A DNA stretch of 44,718 nucleotides, from positions 1 to 44,718 of the forward strand of contig CAXIUT010000279.1 of the NCBI GenBank assembly GCA_964035545.1. Reading direction: 5' to 3'. Shown here piece after piece: positions 1-12,243 of the stretch (within the stretch, counting starts at the first letter, position 1; each line of letters starts with the position of its first letter). Under the pieces are notes generated by a model. The model searched no databases and was not told the DNA's origin. It worked only from the letters and a program-made list of their open reading frames with translations. This stretch comes from Bugula neritina. Taxonomy: Eukaryota; Animalia; Bryozoa. The position numbers and the translations under genes are program-made.

Positions 1-82
1 CCCAACCCCAACCCCAACCCCAACCCCCAACCCCAACCCCAACCCCAACCCCAACCCCAACCCCAACCCCAACCCCAACCCC
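1..82 (+). repeat. Left telomere, (CCCCAA)n
   Basis: Perfect C4A2 tandem repeat from base 1 to 82; Tetrahymena-type ciliate telomere in the orientation expected for a 5' end. Confidence 0.99.
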
Positions 83-148
83 TATTAACATAATATTGAC
101 TGATTTATTATTTATGACTTTTGATATAAATATAACAATAAAATTATC

Positions 149-813
149 ATGTAGGTGAATTTAGTGAAGAATGGCTATAACCTCTAACGTAGAAAAATCT
201 ATCCGATCAATCGTATTTAAATAACTATTTAGCTAGAAATAATATGGTTAGTACAGTTGATCTAGCATGGCAGAAATCACTATAGAGAGAGGATAACAGT
301 CCTGGACATCTTCCTAAAATTAAAAAATAAATGTAGCGTAGTCAAGTGAATCAAGACTATACTCGAGCTGTTGATAACTGTATTGACCAGTAAAGAAAAA
401 TAAATAAAAGTACATTCAGAGTAATGCCTGTCCATCCAATGGAACCCACCAGAACCAAAATGACTGATTCTTTGAGTAACTAGCTAAGTAGCTACAAAAA
501 TAAGAATAAACAAGTAGGACTAGGTGAATAGCCTCGATATTCTAGCACTATGTCTCAATATCAAAGTCAACAATCTAAAAATCATTTGCTGGATTAATAG
601 CGACATCGGGTAAAACCAGTCCAAAACAGTGAAAATGTATCTACTTCGGTATTTGGTTATAATATAAATTATGACAGTTTTAAACGTTAGAGTTATTTGA
701 GCAAATTGATGAGCAATAGGTTGGATCCCTACCTGAGTAAAACTGTTTAGACCAGAATGCCCAAATACCAATCTTTTCATATCAACAATCCTGTTCCTAT
801 CTACTATGAGTGA
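149..813 (+). CDS. Hypothetical protein (~214 aa), one 20-nt intron at 213-232
   Basis: With TAR=Glu, ATG149 reads open to TGA811 after removing gtatttaaataactatttag. No recognisable domain. Confidence 0.6.
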
Positions 814-858
814 TTATATGTTATTTATCTATTATCTATTTATTTATCTATTGATTTA

Positions 859-2679
859 TCATATTAGAGATATCCAACCATCACTATTGTTTGGCCCTCT
901 TCCCTCTTATATATTAGTTATGTTTATCATTCCCTCTAACATCTTTCGCAAGAGAGATCCTACCAGTTGTGATGATTATTCAAGACAAGGGTTGTTGTTT
1001 ATTTCTATTAGCCAGGAGTTGTAACTTTGATCAAGTAAGAAATCATAGCCTAGCAGCTGGAAGTGTTTGGCTATGTTGCTGTTGGTGTATTTCTATTTGA
1101 GGTTGCTGACACTGTCGATTACTATCTTTTTTATTGTCTAGCGAAGAGAGGTCAGAGTAAGAGGACTTTGTTAATCTTTTTATTTGAAGTAGGATACTGT
1201 TTACTCGAGTGAGAGTTGGTTGCCTTAGCAAAATAGTCCATACTACTTGGCATCTTTTTGAACTGCATTGTTCGTCAGATGTATAAATTTGTTGTTAATA
1301 TATGCTTTTTTATCTTTTTTACTACTTCCTTTTTATTATTTGGTTTATTCTTATTTATTTTATTCTTTATTATCTTATTTTTAACTTTATCCTTCAAATT
1401 TAAGACTGGCTAGTCTTGAATATCCATGTTAAAAAAAATATACTTTTAGTGATTTTTTACCATTAACTTTAACTACTTGCAAAAGCACCCAAAATCTCAT
1501 ATCAAATTTATATCCATTTATCAATAGTGGTCGACTGATATATTCCTGCAATACATAAACTTTGGCCTTGATACTTTAACTATACATTTTAACACTGATC
1601 TAGAAGGGAGTCTAACTCAGTAACTTCGACAACTGCTTCAAAGTAGAAAACAGATGGATGCCTCTGCCTCTATTCATAGAAGTCGGTTTCAATATCCATA
1701 GAGCGTCATCTTATTCTTTTTATTTTTATGATTATATCTATGTTTAGCTGGTTCTGATTGCCAATTGTGATCTTTCCATTAGTTTGTTCAATGCTTTGAA
1801 TGAGATATTAATATCGACAAAATAATTTTTGATGTTGATGTTTTTATTTCTAGGTTTTTTATTTTTGTCTTTTTTGAAATAGTAGCTGATAAATTCCATC
1901 AAATTTTATTATACTTGAAGTTGATCTTGTTTAAAATCAATGATAAATGATTTGGGTATATATTTGCCAATGGACTAGGGATGGTATTTTTTCATATTTT
2001 TATACAATTTTTATTTATTAGTCAACTACGACTCCCCTTATAGATAATTATAAATAACTCCATGTTATTTAGATCGACCTATCTAGGGCAAATGCTAGTC
2101 ATGTATACTTTTAGATCCATTGAAAACATACTATTTTTGGTTGATTACTTGCAGCCAACAAAAGGAGGCGTTTTATTTAATAGTTGTCTAGGTGTAGCCA
2201 TATTTATCGATGTATAGTTCTTTTAGGAGAGAGTGGTTGTTTCCTTTGGTGAAGTAGAGGAGTTGTCGTTTATGTTTTTGTTTTTTTGTGGATTATATTT
2301 TTACTTTTACTGTGCTATCTTCGTGGATGAATTTGGATGTGAGTATATTTTGTTGTGGGAGTTAGTTTTTGGTTTGAGTGTGGGATAAATTATGTAGTTT
2401 ATGTTATGATATTTTCTTTTGTAAAAGTTGTAATTTGCCTTCCTCTAAGAAAGGATTCTTCTATTCACTGTAGTGATCGATTTAGTTTATTTTCATCATC
2501 CTGTTTGCTCTTTTATATGGACTTAGACCCATCTTTTATGTTAGCTAAAGGTAGGCCGATGCGTCCGAATGATATGAAGGCACCTTCTTCAAACCACCCA
2601 GCTGCCTTTCTTTTGTTTTTGTTGGCTTGTTTTGAGGAATGGGGTGTTATTGACTAGATATGCGGGGTTTGCTTTTCAT
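859..2679 (-). CDS. Tubulin-tyrosine ligase-like (TTLL) glycylase/glutamylase
   Basis: Motifs WILKPTSMNRGRGIHLF, QEYISRPLLINGYKFDMRFWVL, FIHLTNNAVQK, FQLLGYDFLLD..WLIEINNNPCLEE. One unresolved frame change in the N-terminal region (indel or ~23-nt intron near 2450-2470). Confidence 0.9.
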
Positions 2680-2886
2680 TGTTTGATAAAATTATAACTA
2701 TCCTGTCATTAAACTTATCTTATATCGATTAATACTGACTATCCTAAATCAATTAAATGTATATTAAATTTATCTCTAACAAATAAACTGATGATTATTT
2801 TATCATGAAATAATTTACATTTTAAGAGTGATTGATAGATATAAACTCCATTATATTTTATAATTATTATTCATACTATATATCGA

Positions 2887-3667
2887 ATGCAATCCTAAGG
2901 CGCCTACTCTCCCTTCAACATCAACGACGATATCCACCAAACATCAAAGACCTCGGACCTCTACGGCAACGCCCGTGCAGCTTTCATCCGAAAGGTCTAT
3001 ACTGTCTTATCAAGTAAAATCAATATCTATTTAGTTCAACTCCTGGTAACAGTTTTGTTCATTTTGCTATCGATATTCAACACATCATTTTTTAATTTCC
3101 AGCTCAACAACATGGGTCTGTTCTATGTGTGTTTGGTCGGATGTATAGTGATAGAGATTTACATGTTTTGCTGCAATGGAGGTCGCACATCACCATCGAA
3201 TTACATCTGTTTGACCATATTTACGCTATGTGAGGCTTACTTGGTATCGTTTATTAGTTCTATTACTGGGAAGGAGTCGGGGAACGGGGTGGTTTTGATG
3301 GCTGGCATATATACTTTAGGTAAAATATGTATTAGTTGTAGTGATTGTGGTGACTTTGACTATTTATGCTTGTTATACTAGTTAGGATTTTACTACTAAA
3401 TTTGGAATTATATTGGTGTTGATGGTTTGTTTGATGTTGTTGGGTATTATTACTATGTTCGTTGATAGTCCATTTTTGACTAATTTGTATTGTTGTTTTG
3501 GGGTGTTTGTTTTTGGAATTTACCTGGTTGTTGATACTCAGATGATTATGGGAGGAAAGTATATCTAGTTGAGAATTGATTAGTTTGCCCTGGCTGCTCT
3601 TATGCTCTATATCGATATCATACAAATCTTTTTGTACCTTCTCAGACTCCTCAGCAATAATGATTGA
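2887..3667 (+). CDS. Bax inhibitor-1/LFG (TMBIM) family membrane protein; introns 3014-3034 and 3320-3341
   Basis: RAAFIRKVYTVLSIQLLVT, DTQMIMGG..ELRIDEFALAALMLYIDIIQIFLYLL; multiple TM segments. Confidence 0.92.
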
Positions 3668-3776
3668 TCTATTCAATTCAAATATAACTATACTATCACT
3701 AAATATCAACTCTATTTAACACTATTAATTCAATTAGCAATAATATCATATTCATAATCATAATCAATAGAAATCA

Positions 3777-4222
3777 ATGCTTCAACATATCAAAAGACTT
3801 GGAATCATTAGAAACATGACTAGACTGACTCATAGAAACACAAATTAATTTGCCAAATAGTCTGGAGGAAAACCACCAAAAAAAGAGTAGACTCCAGTTG
3901 CTGTAGTCCCATAATAGCCTTCGATGTAATAGCTAGTTATGAAGTGGATATAACCAACTCACCCATCTCTTTCTCCTTCTTAATACAAGTAAAAATAAAA
4001 TAATAAAGAATGTATGCATAATAGTTCAATGATCTATCAGAATAATAAAAAGAAGGGCTATAACTATTGGCATAGAAGCTGATAGATTTACCTTCAGCGA
4101 TACTATTCGATATAATAAAGAAGGGATCACTGGGAACAACCAATATGTACTATACTGCTGTTGATCCATTGAATTAGAGCGAGATGTCTGAGGCAGTTAG
4201 GCAGCTAAGGAAGTAGATTTGA
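3777..4222 (+). CDS. Hypothetical protein with Arg-rich, mitochondrial-presequence-like N-terminus; 20-nt intron 3989-4008
   Basis: MLQHIKRLGIIRNMTRLTHRN...; open to TGA4220 with TAR=Glu after intron removal. Confidence 0.65.
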
Positions 4223-4339
4223 TGAGTTAATTAAATATTTAAGTCGGTATTGAATATAATGTGATTTAATTTTATTGTAGGAGTGGAGTATAAATTTAAT
4301 ATGCTAATTTGATTTAATATAACAATAACTTTAACTGAG

Positions 4340-4561
4340 ATGAGTTAGTCAGAGAAACAGGAAAATAGTAGCGCTGCTCCTGAATAAATGGACAATGAGA
4401 TGGCTGGTGCATTTCCTAAAAGACAGGGCAAAAGAAGAAATGGAATATTTATTCCTGGATCGTCTAATCCTTTGGTTGCTCAGATGTATGCCTAAAAAAT
4501 GATGAAGGCTATCAACAAAAAGGAGTAAAATCCTTAAAATTTATAGTAAAAATAAGAATGA
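4340..4561 (+). CDS. 73-aa acidic microprotein with PKA pseudosubstrate-like RRNGI motif
   Basis: MSESEKQENSSAAPEEMDNEMAGAFPKRQGKRRNGIFIPGSSNPLVAQMYAEKMMKAINKKEENPENLEEKEE*; clean ATG to TGA between AT-rich spacers. Confidence 0.65.
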
Positions 4562-4587
4562 TCTTATAGGTATTATTAACATATTGA

Positions 4588-5880
4588 TCAATTATCATGC
4601 TAGATGATTTTTAATTATTTTTTATACTTTTTTCTATGAGTCGATAGTTTCGAAAGCATAACGTTGACCATGTTGTTAGTTTGTAACATTTTTATTTTTA
4701 GATCTGATAGCATTTATGAAAAATATGCGAATTCTGATAAAGAGTCAGATCGGTTCATATGTCTGTATCTGGCTTTGCATTAAATTATTTTTTATTTAAA
4801 ACTACTGTCTATGCCAACAACTTTCACTCCTTTTTTCATCTTTTTTCTTTTTAATATGTTACTGAGAATAAACTATGAAGAAAGGTTTTATATTTATTCT
4901 ACTATCACCAGTTTTTGCATCAATAAATAACTATTCTTCTCACTAGTTTTCATCTGGAAGTGTTTTAGCATCACGAAAGTCAGAAATGCATTGAGCAGAA
5001 CTCCAGTAATGAGCATCAGTAAAACGAATAGACGTGGTTATTCGGTTATTGAGTACTAGCCGTAACCAACAGTAGGTATGGTTGCTACAACGATCTAGAA
5101 GCAGGATATAAATGATTGTTGGTTGTAGATAACAAAGAGACAGTGAGAGTAGAAAAGAACAACTCCAAAGTAGAGGATGATCACATTTGAGAGACCTTAT
5201 TGATTCATAATAGACTTTCTAGCAAAGTGAAAAGTATTAGAAGGGTTCATGCCGTAAAGACTACCGATTCTGACTGCTCTTGGATGATAGTACATACATT
5301 AAAGGATACTGTAAGTGATAGGAAAGAAAGCTCTGAGAAGCAGAGTTATATGTAGAAAGGTATTAACTTATTCTGTCCAAGGATTAGGTGCTAGCATTGC
5401 AATGATAACAGAAAAAACATGTTTAAGAATGATTTTATTTTTATTATTGGCTTTTCTGACTTATTCGTTGAGATAGTAGAAATATCCATTGAAACAGATC
5501 AAAATCATCAAGATGATTGTTAGTCCGCAGCTGAGCCATTGCAGATACTCTTTGTTTTAGATATCATCTTCTGAGAGGTAGTATAGTTCGTAGAAAGAGA
5601 TGAAGATGGAGAAGACTGAAATATAGGCGATCATTTTTGAGACTAAAAGGAGTTTATAGAAAGCGATGTCCATTTTATAGGGATCATGCATGTTATCATT
5701 TTATGGTTGGTTTTTTTATGTTTATTTTTTGTAGTTTTTCGGGAGAGGTTCATTCAATGCGAATAAATTTTTATTCAGAGGGACTTCTTGTTTGAACTTG
5801 ATGGGGACTGTGAAGGGTTATTCTGAGACTTAGTATTTGACTGAGTTGACACCTGGATTGGAGTTATCATTATTTTTCAT
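4588..5880 (-). CDS. Potassium channel, small-conductance Ca-activated (SK/KCNN)-like
   Basis: 430-aa intronless ORF with TM helices, PRAVRIGSLYG..F.FARKSIM linker and pore motif ATIPTVGYGE (5056-5073). Confidence 0.85.
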
Positions 5881-5917
5881 ATTTAAAATGAATTCTTAAT
5901 TTCTATTAATATAACTA

Positions 5918-5993
5918 GGGGTTGGGGTTGGGGTTGGGGTTGGGGTTGGGGTTGGGGTTGGGGTTGGGGTTGGGGTTGGGGTTGGGGTTGGGG
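5918..5993 (+). repeat. Internal telomere tract (GGGGTT)12GGGG; right telomere of the 1-5993 minichromosome
   Basis: 76 nt of perfect G4T2 in right-end orientation, directly followed by coding sequence. Confidence 0.98.
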
Positions 5994-8268
5994 CTTCACT
6001 TGCTCTTAGAACTAACGGATCTTGGTTGTAGCTTCCATCATCATTTCGAATCTTCTTTCAAGGGCAGCATATTGTGTTAGAAGTTATCTGATGTTTTATT
6101 ACTTTTATCCGAGTTGTTGTTTTAAGTTATCTACATCCTTTTCTCTGCTCTTTAGTTTATCTTCGAAATATTATCGAATGCTTACTTCATGAGTTCCAAC
6201 AAATGCTCTCATCTTGACTCTTTCATCTTAGATAGCTGCGTTTGATTCTAGTTGTAGACTTTAGATGAATCCTTTTGAGAGTCCAAGTTATTGAGCTAGA
6301 GATCCATTGACTAGTTGTAGATGTTAATACTGTTTTTTTATTTTAATTTGATTTTTTTAAAGAACTTCTATCTTATCTTAAAGTTATTTTATTTAATTGA
6401 GTTCTTTTTCATTGCTAAATACTAATGTTTTAAGTCTTTAGTCTTTAACTCTTGACTACTATTCTGCACTAGCTCTAATCCTCTTGACTGTTTCTTAAGC
6501 TTACACAAGTTAAGCTTTCATTTATATCTTTTAGGCTCTAACTATTTTTATCTAATCTTCATGCATTCTTTTCATGTTTTCCATCATAGTCATAAGATCA
6601 CGAATCTATTTATCTTTGGTATTGGCTAAATAATGGAATTTTCTTCTTTATTATTCGTATTGACCTTTAGTTTTTTAAGCATGATCTCCTTACCTTATAA
6701 GAGTTTGACTTGTTAGGTTGTACTTTACTTCCTAAATTAGACACCTGTTCTTTATGTTCTAGTTGTAAAGAAGCTATTTTTATCTTTAAATCTTGTACTC
6801 TAGCTCTTAATTTAGAATTTTACAACTCAAAATTCTTTCTTATTTAGTCATTATCTCTGATAACTTTAAGTACTCTTTATCTTAACCCGCCATTAATTTT
6901 TTCTAGATCACTTGTTCTTTAAATATAGGTTTTGATTTGATTTTAATAGTAATCTGCAATACATTTGATATCATTTTCTAAGAGATTAGCCATTTTTATT
7001 TTGAATGTTTCCATTTAATCTTTTTTTTCAAGCTCTAATGTTCTTATTCTTTGTTTTATTTATTGGTTTTATTATCTGATAAGGTCATTTTCTTTCGAAT
7101 AACTTTATTTTATTCTTGTGTTTTAATCATATACCTCTCTAAGTTATTACTTTTTGCATTATATCAGCTGTTTTAATTTAAAGTTTTATCCTCTCAGTTC
7201 ATCTATATTAGTTTAGAACAATTTAGTTAAATTTTATAATTACAATCTATTTAATTCTTCAAGTTTATTTTTTTATTGGGTTAATAAATTTTTAGCATGA
7301 AGTTCATTGCTATTAATTTAATTAAGTAAGGTTTATTTTTATCTTTTGAAGCCAGCTCCTTCCATAGCTAGTTATTGTTCTTGGTGTGTCATCTTTTTAG
7401 ACATATGTTATATTTCCATAGCTTTTTATGCTACATCTTTCTTCATTCTTTTTAATTTCAAATTATATCCTGACAATTCAAGACTTTTCTCTTGTTCTAG
7501 CATCTTCTTCTATGAATTGAAATCAACTTCAAAACTATGTTTTAAACTTTTTATTTCAACTGAGTGTGAATTTTTAATATGAGCTATTTATTTTTAAAGA
7601 GATCTGATGGTATCTGATAATCTATTTCTCTATAATTTTTATACTGATCTGACATGTTCCATTTCTTGATCTTTTTGATCAGCTGTTTATCTGAGGTTTC
7701 TTATTTGAGCTTCATAGAGTTCTTTTGAATTATTTTGGCAACTTCTTACATTTTGTAATTGAGTCAAGTAAGCTTGCCTAAAAATTAGCTTTTTAACTTC
7801 TATATCTATTTTTGTCTTCCTATCTACATGTTATTTTTCTCATCATGAAGGTTAGAGATTTCTTTCAGCAGTTTTGACAACTCATCTTCATGTGCATTTT
7901 GTTTCACTTGTAATTATAGAGATAGGTTTTCTCTTTCATTACTTGTCTTTCTTGTTACTTCTTCTATCTGTCTCTGAAGAAAGGCCAGTTCTTATCCTTT
8001 TGGACTTAGCTTGATGTCTGAGTTCGTTAGCCATTTCTCCTAAAGTTGAATTTTCATCTAGCAATCTGGTGTTGTGCCTGAGTGCTGCATCAAGTTTGTT
8101 TTTGAGTTAGTTCATCATGTTGTTTGTTCTGAATGGAAAGATGGGTACATCATAGTGGAGTTGTCGGGCTGGGTAAGAGGATTATTCTTTGAGTTTTTCT
8201 TACTTTTTGACTGTTCTGAGGGTGGGATCGATAAGACCTGAGAAATCTTTGATTGGACTCTTAGACAT
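5994..8268 (-). CDS. Long coiled-coil protein, 3'-truncated at the internal telomere
   Basis: ATG8268 MSKSPIKDFSGLIDP..., E/K/L-rich heptads. One frame change near 6730. Frame is still open (..IREFEEQVK) at 5994 with no stop. Confidence 0.8.
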
Positions 8269-8442
8269 TTTAATAATAATTATATTGATATCTATGATAT
8301 GATTAATATACTAGTTTTAACATTAAAATTATTCATTATCAATTACTAGAATTATAATCATGAATTATTTGATCAATTACTTCAAAACATATCATTTATC
8401 CGAGTAATAAAAGAATTTGTTTTAATAATAGTAATAAATAAG

Positions 8443-9013
8443 ATGTAAAAAGATCCATAAGATGTATAAAATAGCAACTAAGTTCAAAAATAATAAACAT
8501 CGAAAGTATAATAATCAAATTAAAACAATATGATAGAAGATAAACCTTAAGATGAAGCTCTTTTCAAGAGAATTCATTCATTTCTCACAAACAAAAAGAG
8601 ATATATAATTTTAAGTAATGGATCATGCTCCGACTAGAACTTCATAATAAGCAGCTAAAATAAGAAATACTCCGCTTGAATGGGGTGCTAAAACTATGCT
8701 AGTCAAAGGAAAAAAAGGAATATTTCTTCTTGTTTATCGGGCAAATCGTAAAGTGAGCTGGAGTAAGTTGAGAAAGATCTAGTAAATCGCAAAGAAGGGA
8801 GCGATGTGTCGTGAGTAGGATGTGCTGACATTGGGAGTAAAGCCTGGAGGAGTTCCTCCTTTTCCCTAGTTACTGGGAGTGAGAGGGATGGTGGATAAGA
8901 GGTTTCGAGAGGAGAAGATGGTGGCTTTCAACGCAGGTTTGAAGGTGAGATCGATAGTGATGAAGACGGAGAGCTATCCTGTATCGTAGTTCGAGTGTGA
9001 TTTTACTGATTGA
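8443..9013 (+). CDS. YbaK/INS-superfamily aminoacyl-tRNA deacylase, YeaK(ProXp-y)-like
   Basis: DHAPTRTSEEAAKIRNT..WGAKTMLVK, PGGVPPF, VAFNAG...SIVMKTESY. One frameshift near 8600 (probable read error). Confidence 0.85.
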
Positions 9014-9054
9014 TATGGAGGATGATCTGACTAAAATTAGATAATATAGTTAAT

Positions 9055-10020
9055 TCATGCCAGTTACTAATGGGAGTATCTTCAAAAATATAATCTTTGA
9101 TCAGCTCATACCAATAGAAATATATTCCTCTTTGCAATATTCCTCTCATCATATTGATATAAAATCCCTTATAAAACCCCTTCATCCCTTCATCTTTCAA
9201 AGTCCTCTTTATTATCTATCGGTCACTCGTGTATTTCTTTGTGTGGTCGTCTTTGATGTACTGGTTCTGTTGGGCTCTAGTTCGAATCGTTGTCAGTGGA
9301 TATGATATGACTGTTGATACTAGTTTGCAAATAGCTCCGCAAAAAAGTTTTTTTCAGAGAGAAAGGTCTGGGGAATGGGTAGTTTATCGTAGGCTATTTT
9401 TAGAGCTTAATATGTGTACATCATTAAGACTCCACTGAAGGCTAGTAAGACACTAACATTTAGTCCTCTTGCGAAGCCTCTTACGCCGTCTTGTTTTTTT
9501 ATTTGTTTTATACTATAGAGGAAGGTTTAGTAGTCCTGATAGTTTTTGCATTGGTGTTGAGTAGCATTCTGGTTTTAATTACCCCATAGAGGTTGTGAAA
9601 TTATAGTTCCTGTAATACTTGCTTATGCGCTGGCTATAGCTACTGATGTGAGTTCTTCATATCCGTCTCTCATGTGTTTGATCTTTCGAAATTCATACCT
9701 TTTTCTTAAAAGAATTACATCCAGAAGAAAAGGGCAGTAACGCCTGCTTGTGCAAAGATGGAGACATGAAAACCTTTGTATAGTCCTCTTAGTCCTTATT
9801 ACTGATAGATGGTTTTGATGGCATTTGAAGATTCCACCGTATTTGGGGACAAGGTTTTTATGCTTATTTTTCCATCGTGACCTGAATAAAAATGAGATAA
9901 CTTTGGAAGCGTGTTTTGATGACGTCTAGAGGGTGTAGTATTCCAGCAATATAAGATGAAATAAAAGAGTTGATTCCACATTTGAGAGAGTAGCCTACAC
10001 TTGAATCTTTTGGCTGTCAT
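9055..10020 (-). CDS. Mitochondrial carrier (SLC25, folate/FAD-carrier-like); 20-nt introns 9699-9718 and 9882-9901
   Basis: Carrier signatures HPLDVIKTRFQ, PLTTIRTRAQ, GMKGFYKG..RGILQRGIYFYWYE. Indels near both ends make the 3' end approximate. Confidence 0.9.
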
Positions 10021-10146
10021 GCTATTTTAATTAAGGATATAATTATAAACAAGTGAAGGGGTTGTTGATTTTTGGTAATAACAATAAAACTATCAAATCA
10101 TCAATATTAAAGAGATATTTTACTATTATTTTAATTATAAAAAAAA

Positions 10147-10669
10147 TCAAAGTTTAAGTTTATGAGATGTGTAGTTGATTTAATGAAATTTACTACCTAT
10201 TGAGTGATTGGTTAAAGGTTTACATATTTTAGATAGATCTATTTTTTTTAATTTTTATTTAAGTTATTGTAGTTCTTCTGCGTATTTACTTTTACTTTAT
10301 ATTCTAGAAAATTTAAATTACGATCTACTTTATCTATTGATATTGATATTAATTTTAGGTTGATATTGATTTTTTAACACCCCCTCCGCATGATGAATAT
10401 CTATTAGTTTTTTTGTTGTGACAAATTTGTTCTTTATGTTATTTTAGTATGTTTCATAGGTATTTATTCTTGGTATATAACTGATCTAGTCAGTGGTAGT
10501 TTATGTTATCTTTTATTGGTGCATATGATGCTGATACTGAGTGGCATTTTCTATTTTTGAGAGTTGATGTTTTTCTGCTATTTATTTTTTTTATCATTTT
10601 TGGTTATTAGTTTATTGGTTTTAGAATTAGTTCTAGTTCTTAGGGTTCTTGGCAGCAAAAAGCAAACAT
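10147..10669 (-). CDS. Hypothetical protein starting MFAFCC (boundaries approximate, internal frame break)
   Basis: ATG10669 opens a coding-like TAR-rich frame; no domain recognised. Confidence 0.4.
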
Positions 10670-10712
10670 CCGTTATTTATCTACAATAATAGTTTATAAT
10701 TATTAACTAAAA

Positions 10713-12100
10713 TCAATATAGCTCTCGAATTAACTTATTAATATTGTTGTATTTACAATATTACTCTAATTTGAAATATTCTTGCGCATTTATTTTTGGG
10801 ATGTCTTCAGTGTTTTATATTGTGTATAAAAAATTGTTATAATTTAAGCAACTCGCTGTCGGATTAGTCATTGTAGAATGGTATGATGGGTATTCCGTTT
10901 CTTTTTTGGAGGTGATAGCAAAACGGACTGTTGTCTATCAATACTACTTTAGACAGTTGTCTTCCTTCTAGTATTCTTAGATCTTTAATATAGGCTGTTC
11001 TTGGATTCATTTGATAGCAATACTATCGATATAACTTGAAAGAAAAGATATCGCCTTTAGGATCTAATATTTATAGCAATTTAGAGCCATAGCATTATCT
11101 GCTTGCTGTTAGTATTCCTATTTAGAATTTATTACTCAAACGATGTAAAACATCAACAGCATGCGGCCTTATTTTCATACTGACGTTATAGATTTATATT
11201 TATGTCTATATTGATACGATTATGATCTCCTTTTTATTGTTATTTATGTGAGGTAGGCTAGCTGTGGATAAGAGTCTAATCTAGGTCGAATACTAAGGTT
11301 ATTTTTATGGTTATTTGGTGGTAGTTATATGGTTTTATGTGGTTTAGGGGGTAGATGTTATGATTTTAGTTTTTTGAAGATTGAGATTGATTATATTAAA
11401 TGGTTGATATATTTGTTATTGTTTTATTAGTTGTTTTTATACTATTTTATGCCGTTTTGTAAATCGGTAAGATAGTATTTAAAGTGGTCTATTTTGTTTT
11501 AGTGTAATATCAAATTACTGATAACAAATTATTGCTCATTATCTTCTTATTTCGATAGTATTTTATAGATTTGTTTTATTTTCTACTCCTATCTTTATTC
11601 TTATTCATTTTATCCTTACTAGCATTCTTAATCATTTGATCTTTACTAGTATTTTAGATATTATCTTATCTTTTGTTTTAGATAATATCTTATTTTTTAT
11701 GTTATTTGCAATTGATTTTATTGGATGTGAGCATTTCTAGTACTCTATGACTATATCTTTCTATTTTATTTGGAGGTATAGATAAATTATGATCCATTCT
11801 TTTGATAGATTTATTGTTTTTATCATATTAGTTTAAGTGATAGGTGTTTTTGACAGAAATAGAGTTATTTTTTCTATGACTAGATATTCTATTTTCATTG
11901 TTTATTTTGAATGATGTCTTCCTTATTCTCGTATTTTTGAAACACAGTAGTTCTCTTAACTCAGATGAACTTGTATTATAGGCCTATTTTGATGAACTTT
12001 GTTTGTAGGTTGGAAGTAGTGAGAGAAGTTGCTTGGATTTGTCAGAGTGTTCATATTTTGTTTTGGAAAAGAAATTGAATTAATTATTACTAGTATGCAT
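10713..12100 (-). CDS. NLI-interacting factor / FCP1-SCP-type HAD phosphatase
   Basis: TLVFDLDETLIHS (E encoded by TAG), KIRP, YIKDLRIL, VVLIDNSP, NGIPIIPFY..DSELLKL; low-complexity N-terminus. Confidence 0.92.
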
Positions 12101-12243
12101 TTAATAAAATTTATTTAGAGGCAATTATTATCGTCAATAATATCTTCTACTATTAACAAAAAATAATAATAAAATATGACAAATGATAAAAGGATGTGAT
12201 TGTTTTGTTAAATATGATGGTTATATATCGAAAATATTAATAT

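Noticed and set aside
2465-2469. Possible in-frame TGA readthrough in the TTLL N-terminus
   Set aside because: Lies in an unconserved region where the frame is ambiguous; no conserved Trp/Cys position in the window is encoded by TGA.
6709-6728. Apparent 20-nt GT-AG intron on the minus strand
   Set aside because: Removing it leads to a frame that stops shortly after; a single extra base (or a 22-nt intron) explains the frame better.
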